In this document: piece after piece, positions 8,991 to 17,697 of the stretch
Position numbering within the stretch: position 1 is the stretch's first letter
How the letters are laid out: each line of letters starts with the position of its first letter
Source: a virus
Taxonomy: Duplodnaviria; Caudoviricetes
Length of the DNA: 64,000 bases
IMG/VR virus record: IMGVR_UViG_3300031669_000010
Span: 1 to 64,000 of that record
Reading direction: 5' to 3' (one strand)
The notes under the pieces: generated by a model
The model's database searches: none
What the model saw: only the letters and a program-made list of their open reading frames with translations
Told to the model about the DNA's origin: nothing
Position numbers and translations under genes: made by a program

Positions 8991-11900
8991 TGATTCAATT
9001 TAAATCATGGAAACAATATACACATCTAACTGATAGTGTAAGATTTCCGCAAAATGCAAAAGAGCCATTCATTTTATTCTACTTTTCCGAAAATTCAAAT
9101 TTTATAAATGACTATCCAAAATTGAATTTGAAAATACCTGATATGCGAATTGTGGCTGTCCCAGTAACTAAAATACCACGTACAAGATTAACAGCGGACT
9201 TGAGGAAAATATATAGATCTCTTGGACTTATTCCTTATACAATGCAACAAAAAGTACCGCCTGGTAGGAATTTAATTATTGATTTGTCTCAATATACAAA
9301 TGCAATTGATTTAGTTTACAAACCAGCTTCATATAGACAGAGAGCTGGTTTCTTTATTACCAATATACTAAATCAAATGGCAAATGCTTTCCCAGATAAT
9401 TATCAAAAAGTATTGTTCTATTCAGTTGATTTATCGAAAGATGTAAATTCATTTATCAATAAAAAAATATTTCCTGTATTAAGAGGAATGAAAGACGGCA
9501 CATTCGATTTTGATCATATGTTAATAAACTATTTGGATACAGGATCAACAAGATATCGTTTGCTTGTTAAAGATGGAGAGTATAAGTTTCCAAGGGTATC
9601 TCATTATATAAGAAATATTAAGGGTGTGTCTGGAGAAGAAGAACTTGAAGATGAAACAAAGAAAGCTGCAAGAATTGTTTCAAAGGCTGTTTCCAAAGAC
9701 ATCGATCCAGAAAATTCAGATAAGGTAGCAGGTGCGGTTGAAGATTATCTTGAAACCAATCCTGATGAAGTTGTTAAAATTTCGTCCGGAGATGCAACAC
9801 CTGAAGATGTAAGGGATGTGGCAACGACTTCAATTTTATACGGAGTTAGCGGTGATTTAGATAAAGCAATGTCTATATCAAGGAATATACCAAAGGATAG
9901 AAAGAAACTTGCATTAAAAGCTGTTGACAAAAACTTTTCAAATGAATTGTTAAAGCCAGTCAAAACAGTCAATTTAAGTACTGATATAAGAGTTCAGGTA
10001 TACTCACCTGAGAAAATGGTTGGGGGGAAATCTCCTGAGCATGTATATGAAAAGAGACAGGTTGACTTTAAGATAAATCTGAAAAAAGATTTAACAAATT
10101 CATTTAAAGTTTTAGAGTCAAAAGAGATTCCGTTGAAGTTTAAAAGTATTACATTTGCTGATAAACCTCAAAGACAAGGCGAACTAATGAAGTCAGACTT
10201 GTCAATTGCTACTATAAAAATGACAGACGAGTTTGGTAATGAACACGATGTTCAAATAGAACTTCCTCGTATTGATCCGAATACAGGAGTTTTCAGATTG
10301 AATGGAAAACAAAAATGCCTGGTAAATCAAATCGTACAAAATCCAATTACATTTCCAGCGCCAGGCGAGTCAAGATTTGAAAGCTCGTATTCTATTTTCA
10401 GAATCTATACAAAGGATTTGAGAAGTGAAAAATATTTAGAAGCCTTTATGTCATATAAAATGCCTCTTATAGTTCTACTTTCTTTCAGTTTTGGATTTGA
10501 TGAAACATTGAAAAAATATAAAATCAAATACGAAATAGTTGATGCGAAACCATCTGGACAACCTTTCGCAGCTAAACTTCAGGATGGACGCTATATTGTA
10601 TTTAAAGAAGTACAAAGTGACCTACAAAAACAACTTTGCCAGGGATTCATCCATGGTAAACTTTATCAATATAATGTTGATGCTGAATTTGGTACACATG
10701 TATATTTTGAAAATCTGATTATTAAAATGACAGGACGTCTTAACTCAACATTCTTAATCAACTCAAATCTTCAAAATATTGTTGATCCTGTAGCTAAACA
10801 AGTATTGATGAATAAACAATTACCAACTGAACTTGAAATGATCATGAAGTATATGGCAGAAAAGGTTGTTGATAGATTTACGATTAGCAGAAATGATATT
10901 AGCAATCAACGAATTAGAAACTCTGAGGTATTAGTTCATTTAGCACAAAAACAAATTCTTGCTGCATATACTGTCTACAAAGAGCAGGTGTTATCAGGTA
11001 ATGAAGAAGCTGTATTTAGTATTTCTCCAACCAAGGTATTAAGCGACTTCCTTATGACAGAATTAGTTGTTGATATGGAGTATGCAAATCCAGTTGAAGA
11101 AATGTCAACTATGACAAGAATATCTCCAGTTGGTAAAAAGGTTGGTGGTATTCCTGATAAAGGTGCCATTCATAACGACTCCAGAAATATACATGATTCT
11201 TATTTTGGGAATATTGATCCTCTTGATACACCTGAGAGTGGCAACGTTGGTATTGTTCAACAGTTAACAATTGATGCTCTCATTTCGTCCTCACGAGGTT
11301 TATTCGCAACAAAGAATATCACAAATAAGGAAGGTTCAGGAATGCTATCAACGACGACTGCAATGATTCCATTCCTTGAAAATACGGATGGTGCAAGAGT
11401 TATAATGCTTTCAAATCAAGCTAAACAGATGTTACCATTAAGAAACCCACAACCTCCCGTAGTTCAATCTGGATACGAATCAATTTTAACAGGAGTTCTA
11501 TCTGATAACTTTATAAAGAGAGCCCCATGTGCAGGTAAAATTCTTAGTGTTACTCGGGAGGTAATATCATTACAATGTGGAACTGGAAAAACAAAAAAGG
11601 TTGTTGATATTTCTCCTATTCATTTAAGATCAGGATCAGGAAAGAACACCCTAAGTGTTTTTAATTCACTTGTTAAACCTGGAGATTCGGTCAAGGAGGG
11701 TGAAGTAATTGCAGAGGGTGCATGTATGTCACAAGGATCTATCTCACTCGGAAGACCGTTATTAGCGGCTCTGATGCCATATGATGGTTATAACTTTGAG
11801 GATGGTGCTGTCATTAGCGAATCAGTTGCAAATAAAGATATGCTGACCTCCCTTCATGGTATTGAAGAAGAAGTATTAATTTCTCCTGAGGATAGGGTAC

Positions 11901-13075
11901 TTTTCATGGCAGAAAATGGAACAGATGTTTTAAAAGGTCACCCTCTATTAAGAAAAACAATGGGAGAAATTGAACAGATTATTGGCTACGAAGAAGATGA
12001 ATCAAGTGATTTATTCCAAGGACAGTTCATTAAAAAGAGTCCAGGCGGAAGAATAGTTGGCATTGAAGTTTATTCAAATGTTGGTGAAGATGCATTTCCA
12101 TCGCTGACTGCGCTTATTAAAAAGACTAATCTAAAAAACAAAAAGCTTCCAAGGGAATCATTCACAGTAAAGGGAGAAACTATCAAGGGTGCATTAATTA
12201 AATTCAAAATTGAACAAGAACTAAGAGTTGGTCTTGGAGATAAATTGTGTAATAGATATGGAAATAAAGGTATTATTTCATTGATTGAAAAGGATGAATT
12301 AATGCCAAGACTTCCATCTGGTGAAAAGGTAGACATTATATTAAATCCTCTTGGACTTATTGGTAGAATGAATATAGGTCAGTTATACGAAATGTATTGT
12401 GGTTTAATGGCAAGAGAAATGGGAATCCGTATACCTAGTCTATCAAAACCAAAAGCAATAGAACTTATTAAAATGGTGTTTGAGCAACTTGATACAACAG
12501 TAAATAAAAAGTCAACTGATCAACTTATAAAAAATCTTACAAGATTGTCTGCACCTCAGTATGCCAAAATGGTCGATCAGATTAAGAAGACAGGGTTTTA
12601 TCCGATTGTCATACCTCCATTTCAGGCACCAAAACACGACGCTATTAAAAGAGCTTTGAAATTGTTAGGACTAAAGACAGCATATAAATTAAAGCTTCCT
12701 AAATATAATACAACAACACAACATGAAGTTCCAGTTGGTTATATGTATATATCTAAGCTTGAGCATCTTGGAGCAGAGAAGATATATGCTAGAAGCACCG
12801 GACCCGTAACAGGCAAGACAGCACAACCAACATCAGGAAAGAAAAGAGAGGGTGGACAAAGATTGGGAGAGCTTGATACATATTCATTCATCTCATACAA
12901 CTGTCCAGGCGTCTTAGCCGAGTTCATGGGGCCACTTTCTGATGATTATATAACCAGAGAAGAAATAATGGCAGAGATTGTAGCAAAAGGTAATGCCGGT
13001 TACAAAGAACCAAAGATATCACCTGCAAGAGATTTATTAAATTCATATTTTATTTCATTAATGTTGACGAGGTAA
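8990..13075 (+). CDS. rpoB: Multi-subunit RNA polymerase beta-like subunit with long N-terminal extension (pair 1)
   Basis: DPLDTPESGNVG, SNQAKQMLPL, GYNFEDG, GDKLCNRYGNKG, NPLGLIGRMNIGQ, GGQRLGELD; starts overlapping the beta' stop. Confidence 0.93.
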   Translation: MIQFKSWKQYTHLTDSVRFPQNAKEPFILFYFSENSNFINDYPKLNLKIPDMRIVAVPVTKIPRTRLTADLRKIYRSLGLIPYTMQQKVPPGRNLIIDLSQYTNAIDLVYKPASYRQRAGFFITNILNQMANAFPDNYQKVLFYSVDLSKDVNSFINKKIFPVLRGMKDGTFDFDHMLINYLDTGSTRYRLLVKDGEYKFPRVSHYIRNIKGVSGEEELEDETKKAARIVSKAVSKDIDPENSDKVAGAVEDYLETNPDEVVKISSGDATPEDVRDVATTSILYGVSGDLDKAMSISRNIPKDRKKLALKAVDKNFSNELLKPVKTVNLSTDIRVQVYSPEKMVGGKSPEHVYEKRQVDFKINLKKDLTNSFKVLESKEIPLKFKSITFADKPQRQGELMKSDLSIATIKMTDEFGNEHDVQIELPRIDPNTGVFRLNGKQKCLVNQIVQNPITFPAPGESRFESSYSIFRIYTKDLRSEKYLEAFMSYKMPLIVLLSFSFGFDETLKKYKIKYEIVDAKPSGQPFAAKLQDGRYIVFKEVQSDLQKQLCQGFIHGKLYQYNVDAEFGTHVYFENLIIKMTGRLNSTFLINSNLQNIVDPVAKQVLMNKQLPTELEMIMKYMAEKVVDRFTISRNDISNQRIRNSEVLVHLAQKQILAAYTVYKEQVLSGNEEAVFSISPTKVLSDFLMTELVVDMEYANPVEEMSTMTRISPVGKKVGGIPDKGAIHNDSRNIHDSYFGNIDPLDTPESGNVGIVQQLTIDALISSSRGLFATKNITNKEGSGMLSTTTAMIPFLENTDGARVIMLSNQAKQMLPLRNPQPPVVQSGYESILTGVLSDNFIKRAPCAGKILSVTREVISLQCGTGKTKKVVDISPIHLRSGSGKNTLSVFNSLVKPGDSVKEGEVIAEGACMSQGSISLGRPLLAALMPYDGYNFEDGAVISESVANKDMLTSLHGIEEEVLISPEDRVLFMAENGTDVLKGHPLLRKTMGEIEQIIGYEEDESSDLFQGQFIKKSPGGRIVGIEVYSNVGEDAFPSLTALIKKTNLKNKKLPRESFTVKGETIKGALIKFKIEQELRVGLGDKLCNRYGNKGIISLIEKDELMPRLPSGEKVDIILNPLGLIGRMNIGQLYEMYCGLMAREMGIRIPSLSKPKAIELIKMVFEQLDTTVNKKSTDQLIKNLTRLSAPQYAKMVDQIKKTGFYPIVIPPFQAPKHDAIKRALKLLGLKTAYKLKLPKYNTTTQHEVPVGYMYISKLEHLGAEKIYARSTGPVTGKTAQPTSGKKREGGQRLGELDTYSFISYNCPGVLAEFMGPLSDDYITREEIMAEIVAKGNAGYKEPKISPARDLLNSYFISLMLTR

Positions 13076-13078
13076 GCA

Positions 13079-13693
13079 ATGTTTGAAAATCATGATCTGA
13101 AAGTCCTTCTTGGTAATTCAATAAGAGAACCAGAAGTGGATTACGACGATGCAGAAGTTGCAAGTGAATTGGGCATTCCCGTTAGAGAGGAAGCATTAAA
13201 AGAATATTTTTATGTGACTATTGTGGATAACATCGGCAAGAAGGATTTTCGTGAAGAATATCTATCTGTTTATCCAGACACTGTTTCGTACTCAACTAAA
13301 CATAAACAAATTTTAGCTGAAGCAATAATGAAACAAATAAAACAAGTATATGATTTTATCCCATCTGTAACTGTTGACACAAACAGTGAAAAAGATATTG
13401 CAGATGTATTGAAATTTCTCGAGTTCATTGAATATGACAATGAAGATTTTATAATTGAAGTATGGACATTTCTAAAGCCAGAAACAAACCCATTCCAAGT
13501 TGAAAAATATTGTGAACAAAATAAAATGAAAATTGTTTCCGAAATTGAGGAGCAATTAAGCTCACGAGATTTTCCTTGGATGATTGCCGATTTTTTAAGA
13601 ACATATAATAAAGAAGATATTACGGCTTGGTTTTGTGAAAAGTCTAAGAATTTAAGAAGTGCTATACTTCTGAAACTAATCGAAGGAGATTAA
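13079..13693 (+). CDS. Hypothetical acidic protein in RNAP cluster 1
   Basis: 204-aa ORF closely following the beta subunit gene. Confidence 0.65.
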   Translation: MFENHDLKVLLGNSIREPEVDYDDAEVASELGIPVREEALKEYFYVTIVDNIGKKDFREEYLSVYPDTVSYSTKHKQILAEAIMKQIKQVYDFIPSVTVDTNSEKDIADVLKFLEFIEYDNEDFIIEVWTFLKPETNPFQVEKYCEQNKMKIVSEIEEQLSSRDFPWMIADFLRTYNKEDITAWFCEKSKNLRSAILLKLIEGD

Positions 13694-13694
13694 A

Positions 13695-13955
13695 ATGGCT
13701 GATACGAAAAAGGTTATAATCAAAAAAGGTAGTATGCTATTAGAAGCTAATCGTAGTGATTTAGTCGAAGTAAGTGAAACACATGATGGAATTGCTTTTA
13801 ATTTCAAAGGTGGGATACAATTATATTATACAAACGATTTCATGCCAGTGGGAATGAAAGAAGTCATCAGAAATACTTCAAATCATTTTGATAATCAAAA
13901 AATTATTTTTGATCTGGATAATGAAAGACAACCTGCAAGGGTTGATGCTACCTAA
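13695..13955 (+). CDS. Hypothetical protein
   Basis: 86 aa, RBS GGAG, last gene of the cluster. Confidence 0.6.
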   Translation: MADTKKVIIKKGSMLLEANRSDLVEVSETHDGIAFNFKGGIQLYYTNDFMPVGMKEVIRNTSNHFDNQKIIFDLDNERQPARVDAT

Positions 13956-13973
13956 TCATTTAATAAATTATAT

Positions 13974-13987
13974 CTATATATATTAAT
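13974..13987 (+). promoter_or_regulatory. CTATATATATTAAT motif, copy 2, upstream of the ncRNA array
   Basis: Exact match to 3752-3765; about 30 nt before the first structured unit. Confidence 0.5.
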
Positions 13988-14016
13988 ATCTGAAGATAAA
14001 CATTTCTTACAATTAT

Positions 14017-14077
14017 ATGGAGACTTGGTGTGATTTCAGATTATTGGAAATCAACGCAATCACATTTACAACTCCAT
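14017..14077 (+). ncRNA. Y-RNA-like unit E1
   Basis: ATGGAG/CTCCAT outer stem, ACTTG internal loop, GTGTGATT/AATCACAT inner stem. Confidence 0.6.
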
Positions 14078-14086
14078 TATATTTTT

Positions 14087-14182
14087 GCCGAGAAGACTTG
14101 GTGTAATTTCTGATCGCGGTTCAAGACCGTGTTGGCGTTATTGTATGTCAATACAAATAAAATTACATATATTACTTCTGGC
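14087..14182 (+). ncRNA. Y-RNA-like unit E2 with a T-arm-like hairpin
   Basis: GCC-G-AGAAG/CTTCT-GGC outer stem, ACTTG loop, GTGTAATTT/AAATTACAT inner stem; internal CGCGG-TTCAAGA-CCGTG (T-psi-C-like) and TTGTAT-GTCA-ATACAA hairpins. Confidence 0.65.
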
Positions 14183-14191
14183 ATTATTTTA

Positions 14192-14253
14192 TGGGGTGTA
14201 CCACTAACATAATAAACCATTCGGGGTTCATTGTTTTTGTGGCTCGCACCCCA
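14192..14253 (+). ncRNA. Variant stem-closed unit E3
   Basis: TGGGGTGT/GCACCCCA stem; shares GGGTGTACCA with E4. Confidence 0.45.
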
Positions 14254-14262
14254 CCATTTTAA

Positions 14263-14320
14263 CGGGTGTACCAAGGATGGATACAGTTAATAGCTGGTAG
14301 TCTGAGGATAAATACACCCG
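14263..14320 (+). ncRNA. Variant stem-closed unit E4
   Basis: Perfect CGGGTGTA/TACACCCG stem; shares GGGTGTACCA with E3. Confidence 0.45.
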
Positions 14321-14371
14321 ATCAGTTTATGCCGGGTGATACACATGTTTATCCATGTGCCGGCTCCATCG

Positions 14372-14504
14372 TTGGTAGAGACTTTGTATAGATTCAGAAA
14401 ATTACGTGTATAACGTAAGGCCCTTAATCGACAGGGATAAATGTCGATTGCCAGGTTTGGCAGAACCACAAAAACTGCCACGACTATACCTATCACTCTA
14501 CCAA
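14372..14504 (+). ncRNA. Y-RNA-like unit E5 (multibranched)
   Basis: TTGGTAGAG/CTCTACCAA outer stem, ACTTT loop, GTATAG/CTATAC inner stem; internal hairpins TTACG/CGTAA, AATCGACA/TGTCGATT, TGGCAG/CTGCCA. Confidence 0.6.
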
Positions 14505-14518
14505 ACCTTTTATACAGT

Positions 14519-14653
14519 TTCCTGAAAGACTCTAGTGTAATTTCTGATATAAAGATCCAATGGCGGATCATTTGCATATGGAGCAAAAGACGGCAAGTTC
14601 GATTCTTGCTGTATCAACCAAGTAGTACCAATTACATTTTCTACTTTCAGGAA
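14519..14653 (+). ncRNA. Y-RNA-like unit E6 enclosing a tRNA-like cloverleaf
   Basis: Perfect TTCCTGAAAG/CTTTCAGGAA outer stem, ACTCTA loop, GTGTAATT/AATTACAT inner stem. Confidence 0.7.
14545..14620 (+). tRNA. Atypical tRNA-like element, anticodon ATG (His-like), encoded CCA
   Basis: 76 nt: acceptor TGATATA/TGTATCA, D stem GATC/GATC with GG in the loop, anticodon stem TTTGC/GCAAA with loop ATATGGA, T arm GCAAG-TTCGATT-CTTGC, discriminator A + CCA; lacks U8 and A14. Confidence 0.6.
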
Positions 14654-14660
14654 TTTTTTC

Positions 14661-14720
14661 GGGGTGACTTAGTGTGACTTTAGATTCCAAGCGGCCGAAA
14701 AGTCACACTTAATTCACCCC
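14661..14720 (+). ncRNA. Y-RNA-like unit E7
   Basis: GGGGTGA/TCACCCC outer stem and AGTGTGACTT/AAGTCACACT inner stem with the same GACTTnGTGTGAYTT core. Confidence 0.6.
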
Positions 14721-14826
14721 AAACCCACAACTAAAAAAGGGAAATGAATGGTTTTATTTTTCATCCTAAAAAATTGGATATGAATATCCCACGTTGGAAT
14801 TAACTAATTAAGGAGGAATCAGAGAA

Positions 14827-16356
14827 ATGACAGAAAAATCGCTTAAAATTGATTCTGGAATGTTACAGTTTGCTCCGAAAGGTGCGTTCTATGAAGAAGC
14901 TGATCAACAGTTTCAACGAGTATTCCAGATGTGGACAGAGCTATTTTCATTTGACCGAACCCTATTTTGTCTAACCACACTTTTGGGTGGTACCGGTTTT
15001 GCCAAAGGTTCTATGAACCACATGTTACTCGCCAATCCTCAAAGTGTAACAGGTCGTGAACTTGTGCCTGAGGGAATGGCATTCGATTATGAAAGTAAAG
15101 TTATTAGGTACAATCTCTCAAAGGAAAGAATTCCAAGAGCATTGAAAAACTTGCTGATGTTAACTGGGGCCGAAGGATGCACTAAAGTCAACAATTCCCG
15201 GACCAGAAAAATCATCCTTGAGTTTATCTTCAATCGCTCAATTTCAGAACTTGAAGGTCTGGCAATCAATTATAAATCCAAATTGAAGAAATTAGTCAGA
15301 CATGCCCTTGGAAAACAAGAAGTCTATAATATCCTTAATGGGGATGCGCTGTTGTTTAAAAAACGTATCGGTCGTTATAAAATGCAAGCTCTTCCAGTGA
15401 TTTTTCATATCTTTGATAAAAGACCTCCGGCAGGCACTGCCCACACAAGATATACAAAAATTGAAAACTATTGGGATCTTCGTGAAGCTGCAGAATCCGG
15501 TAACGTCGAACAATTCAGAAAGCTCATGGATGGGATGCCGAATCGAACTGTCATGGGATTCAGAAACACTTATAAAGTGCCAATTGAAAAATCTGAAATC
15601 TATGAAGTAGCAAAGATGGGCAACAAGGAATCCCTTCAAATGGAAGCCGCTGTTAAACGAAGTGGTGCTACCAAAGCAAAAGAGATCAACTACAAAAATC
15701 AAGACATCTATGATCTCTGGAAAGCATTCTATTTTAAACTCCTAAATAACGATCCGGACAACATGGACAAGATCATCGAAGCGATCGACTATCAAGCATG
15801 CAAAATGGATCGGATGGATATAGGAGATTGTGTCGTTATCATTGATGCATCAAGATCAATGGTAGGAAGTAATGAAAGAAAGCTACACCCATTCTTGACT
15901 TCTCTCTCAATTCTTTCAGCACTGGAAAATGTGAAGGATGTTATTTACGTTGGAGGAAAAAGAGTGGCAACCCCAACCATAGATCCGATCAGTGTTATCA
16001 TTCCTGATAATCATACGGATCTTTGGCGAGGTCTCACAGAAGCTGTGATTGCCGGTACCCCGAACATTGTTGTTATTTCGGACGGTTATGAAAATACAAT
16101 AAAAGGTATGTTTGAGCATACCTACAATCATTTTAAGAGTTCAGGTTATGAATTTAATCTGATACATTTAAATCCTGTATTTTCTGCTGATGCAAAAACC
16201 GGTTCATCGAGAAGGCTGACGGCTGACACAAAACCGTTGCCTGTATCGAGTTACAAGTTTCTTGAGACAGAATTGATCTTTGACCGCATGATCGAGAACA
16301 GAGAAGTGGTCAAGAATCTGCTCGTCAGCAAGTATCACAAACTATTAAAAGAATAA
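14827..16356 (+). CDS. vWA-domain protein, putative divergent TROVE/Ro60-like RNA-binding protein
   Basis: 509 aa; C-terminal MIDAS VIIDASRSM and IVVISDGYEN after a long basic helical region, matching Ro60 size and architecture; adjacent structured RNAs. Confidence 0.55.
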   Translation: MTEKSLKIDSGMLQFAPKGAFYEEADQQFQRVFQMWTELFSFDRTLFCLTTLLGGTGFAKGSMNHMLLANPQSVTGRELVPEGMAFDYESKVIRYNLSKERIPRALKNLLMLTGAEGCTKVNNSRTRKIILEFIFNRSISELEGLAINYKSKLKKLVRHALGKQEVYNILNGDALLFKKRIGRYKMQALPVIFHIFDKRPPAGTAHTRYTKIENYWDLREAAESGNVEQFRKLMDGMPNRTVMGFRNTYKVPIEKSEIYEVAKMGNKESLQMEAAVKRSGATKAKEINYKNQDIYDLWKAFYFKLLNNDPDNMDKIIEAIDYQACKMDRMDIGDCVVIIDASRSMVGSNERKLHPFLTSLSILSALENVKDVIYVGGKRVATPTIDPISVIIPDNHTDLWRGLTEAVIAGTPNIVVISDGYENTIKGMFEHTYNHFKSSGYEFNLIHLNPVFSADAKTGSSRRLTADTKPLPVSSYKFLETELIFDRMIENREVVKNLLVSKYHKLLKE

Positions 16357-16369
16357 GGAGGTCATCACC

Positions 16370-17332
16370 ATGTCTATATTTAAAACGTTGAAGTTCGAAG
16401 ACATCGAGATCGGCGATCTACAGTCCGTCGATGAGATGACCATTGTTCCAATATTGGGTGGTGAAAGGGGTGACGTAGCAAAACCTTCAAGTCTGAGTTT
16501 CAGACGCACAACTTCATATGGAACAATGGTATTTGAAAATACCGACCCTGCTAAGGAAGCAATTGTCCCTGCCAATATAATGGTTCGAAGTCGAGCTGGT
16601 CAGGATCATGCGATGAGTGGTTCAGGAATCGTAATGAAAAATCAATCTCGTTCATTTGATAATGCATGCTGTATCGAACAAACTCAAGGTGGATATTTGG
16701 ATGAGTCAGGTGATCAAGATGTCCTTCCAATCAATTTGAGAAAAGCATTACTCGACCCAGAAATAAGATCTCTTCATAGTTATGATAAGTTGTGGGGGAA
16801 GATTAGTGCGTGGATGAAAGGAGTTAACATGTCCAGCAGGGGGTCAGCACATCTGAGGTATTTCTACGATACTCCAGATATCAAACAAGCATTGGAGGAT
16901 TTCGCAGCAGAGTTTGAGCCAGTTGAAAATCAAATTGGTGCGATCGTGATGTTCTCCGGTATTCCAGTCGGTATTGAAATTATGCCTTCTTCTGACCATT
17001 GGGAGGCATACTGGAAGCTATTGATCCGTGGATGTTATGGAGCAGAAATGATTCGATTAAAAATGTTGGGAAAGCTGAAATCCTCAACATTAATCCTACC
17101 GGACATTCCAAAAGAAGCAGGACCAAAAGAAGTCCAAAAGATTCTTACAGATTTCACTCAACACTTAAGAGAAGAAGTCCTGCCAATACTGGAAAATATT
17201 AAAATTAAAACCCAAAGAGTCGTGAACACAGATGGTACATTACAGACAACACTTCTGCATACATCATCCGGAGGTGGGGGTGATATTATCCAGCAGGGTG
17301 ATATGCCTGTGTATCTGTCATTGGTACTTTAG
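16370..17332 (+). CDS. ARPP-1/DUF6569-like domain protein
   Basis: N-terminal MTIVPILG, GQDHAM and ACCIEQTQGG resemble the LtifPl...QDR...CVEqGRW pattern recalled for this family; not verified by search. Confidence 0.45.
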   Translation: MSIFKTLKFEDIEIGDLQSVDEMTIVPILGGERGDVAKPSSLSFRRTTSYGTMVFENTDPAKEAIVPANIMVRSRAGQDHAMSGSGIVMKNQSRSFDNACCIEQTQGGYLDESGDQDVLPINLRKALLDPEIRSLHSYDKLWGKISAWMKGVNMSSRGSAHLRYFYDTPDIKQALEDFAAEFEPVENQIGAIVMFSGIPVGIEIMPSSDHWEAYWKLLIRGCYGAEMIRLKMLGKLKSSTLILPDIPKEAGPKEVQKILTDFTQHLREEVLPILENIKIKTQRVVNTDGTLQTTLLHTSSGGGGDIIQQGDMPVYLSLVL

Positions 17333-17343
17333 GAGAATTGGAT

Positions 17344-17511
17344 GTGAATGAAATAGCTGAGAATCAACTCCGAAAACTACGAAGGCGCGTGGAGGAATTT
17401 TTGCGCAATACGACTCCTGAGATGCTCATTAAAATTGCAGACGTTTGTAATATCAAAGTTCCTGACAACCTTAGACAACGATATATGCCAAAGGAGGGTG
17501 ACTCTAAATAG
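17344..17511 (+). CDS. Small hypothetical protein (55 aa, not in ORF track)
   Basis: GTG start 8 nt after GGAG; VNEIAENQLRKLRRRVEEFLRNTTPEMLIKIADVCNIKVPDNLRQRYMPKEGDSK. Confidence 0.5.
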   Translation: MNEIAENQLRKLRRRVEEFLRNTTPEMLIKIADVCNIKVPDNLRQRYMPKEGDSK

Positions 17512-17554
17512 TCACCCTTCAAGGGTATATAACGAACTTTTCAATGCAAATAAC

Positions 17555-17647
17555 AAGCACCGTCCTTCCACATAGTGGTTGTTGATAAAGCTTTTATTTC
17601 CTTCTTAGGTCATAAAGCTATGTCAGCAACTTCCGTGTGGCGTGCTT
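17555..17647 (+). ncRNA. Long imperfect hairpin, candidate small RNA or regulatory leader
   Basis: Nested pairings AAGCAC/GTGCTT, CACAT/GTGTG, GTTGTTGAT/GTCAGCAAC, AGCTTT/AAAGCT in an ORF-free gap. Confidence 0.4.
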
Positions 17648-17697
17648 TTGACCATTGCCGGTTTTTTGTTCTGATTTTTAAATAAAGGAGTTAATTA

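Noticed and set aside
5508-13955. Bacterial rpoBC operon
   Set aside because: Order is reversed (beta' first), the subunits are highly divergent, and no rplL, rpsL or rpoA context is present.
14545-14620. Ordinary functional tRNA-His gene
   Set aside because: A at position 8, C at 14, anticodon AUG and no G-1; kept only as a tRNA-like element.
14077-14677. ORFs 14077-14274(-), 14287-14586(-) and 14441-14677(+)
   Set aside because: No RBS, no recognisable motifs, and they overlap strongly base-paired units; best explained as chance ORFs.
14017-14720. CRISPR array
   Set aside because: Repeats are degenerate, split into 5' and 3' arms that pair around each insert, and unit lengths vary from about 60 to 135 nt; no cas gene in the window.
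17555-17647. SRP RNA or 6S RNA identity for the long hairpin
   Set aside because: No SRP GGAA tetraloop/domain IV motif, and too short for 6S with no central bubble.
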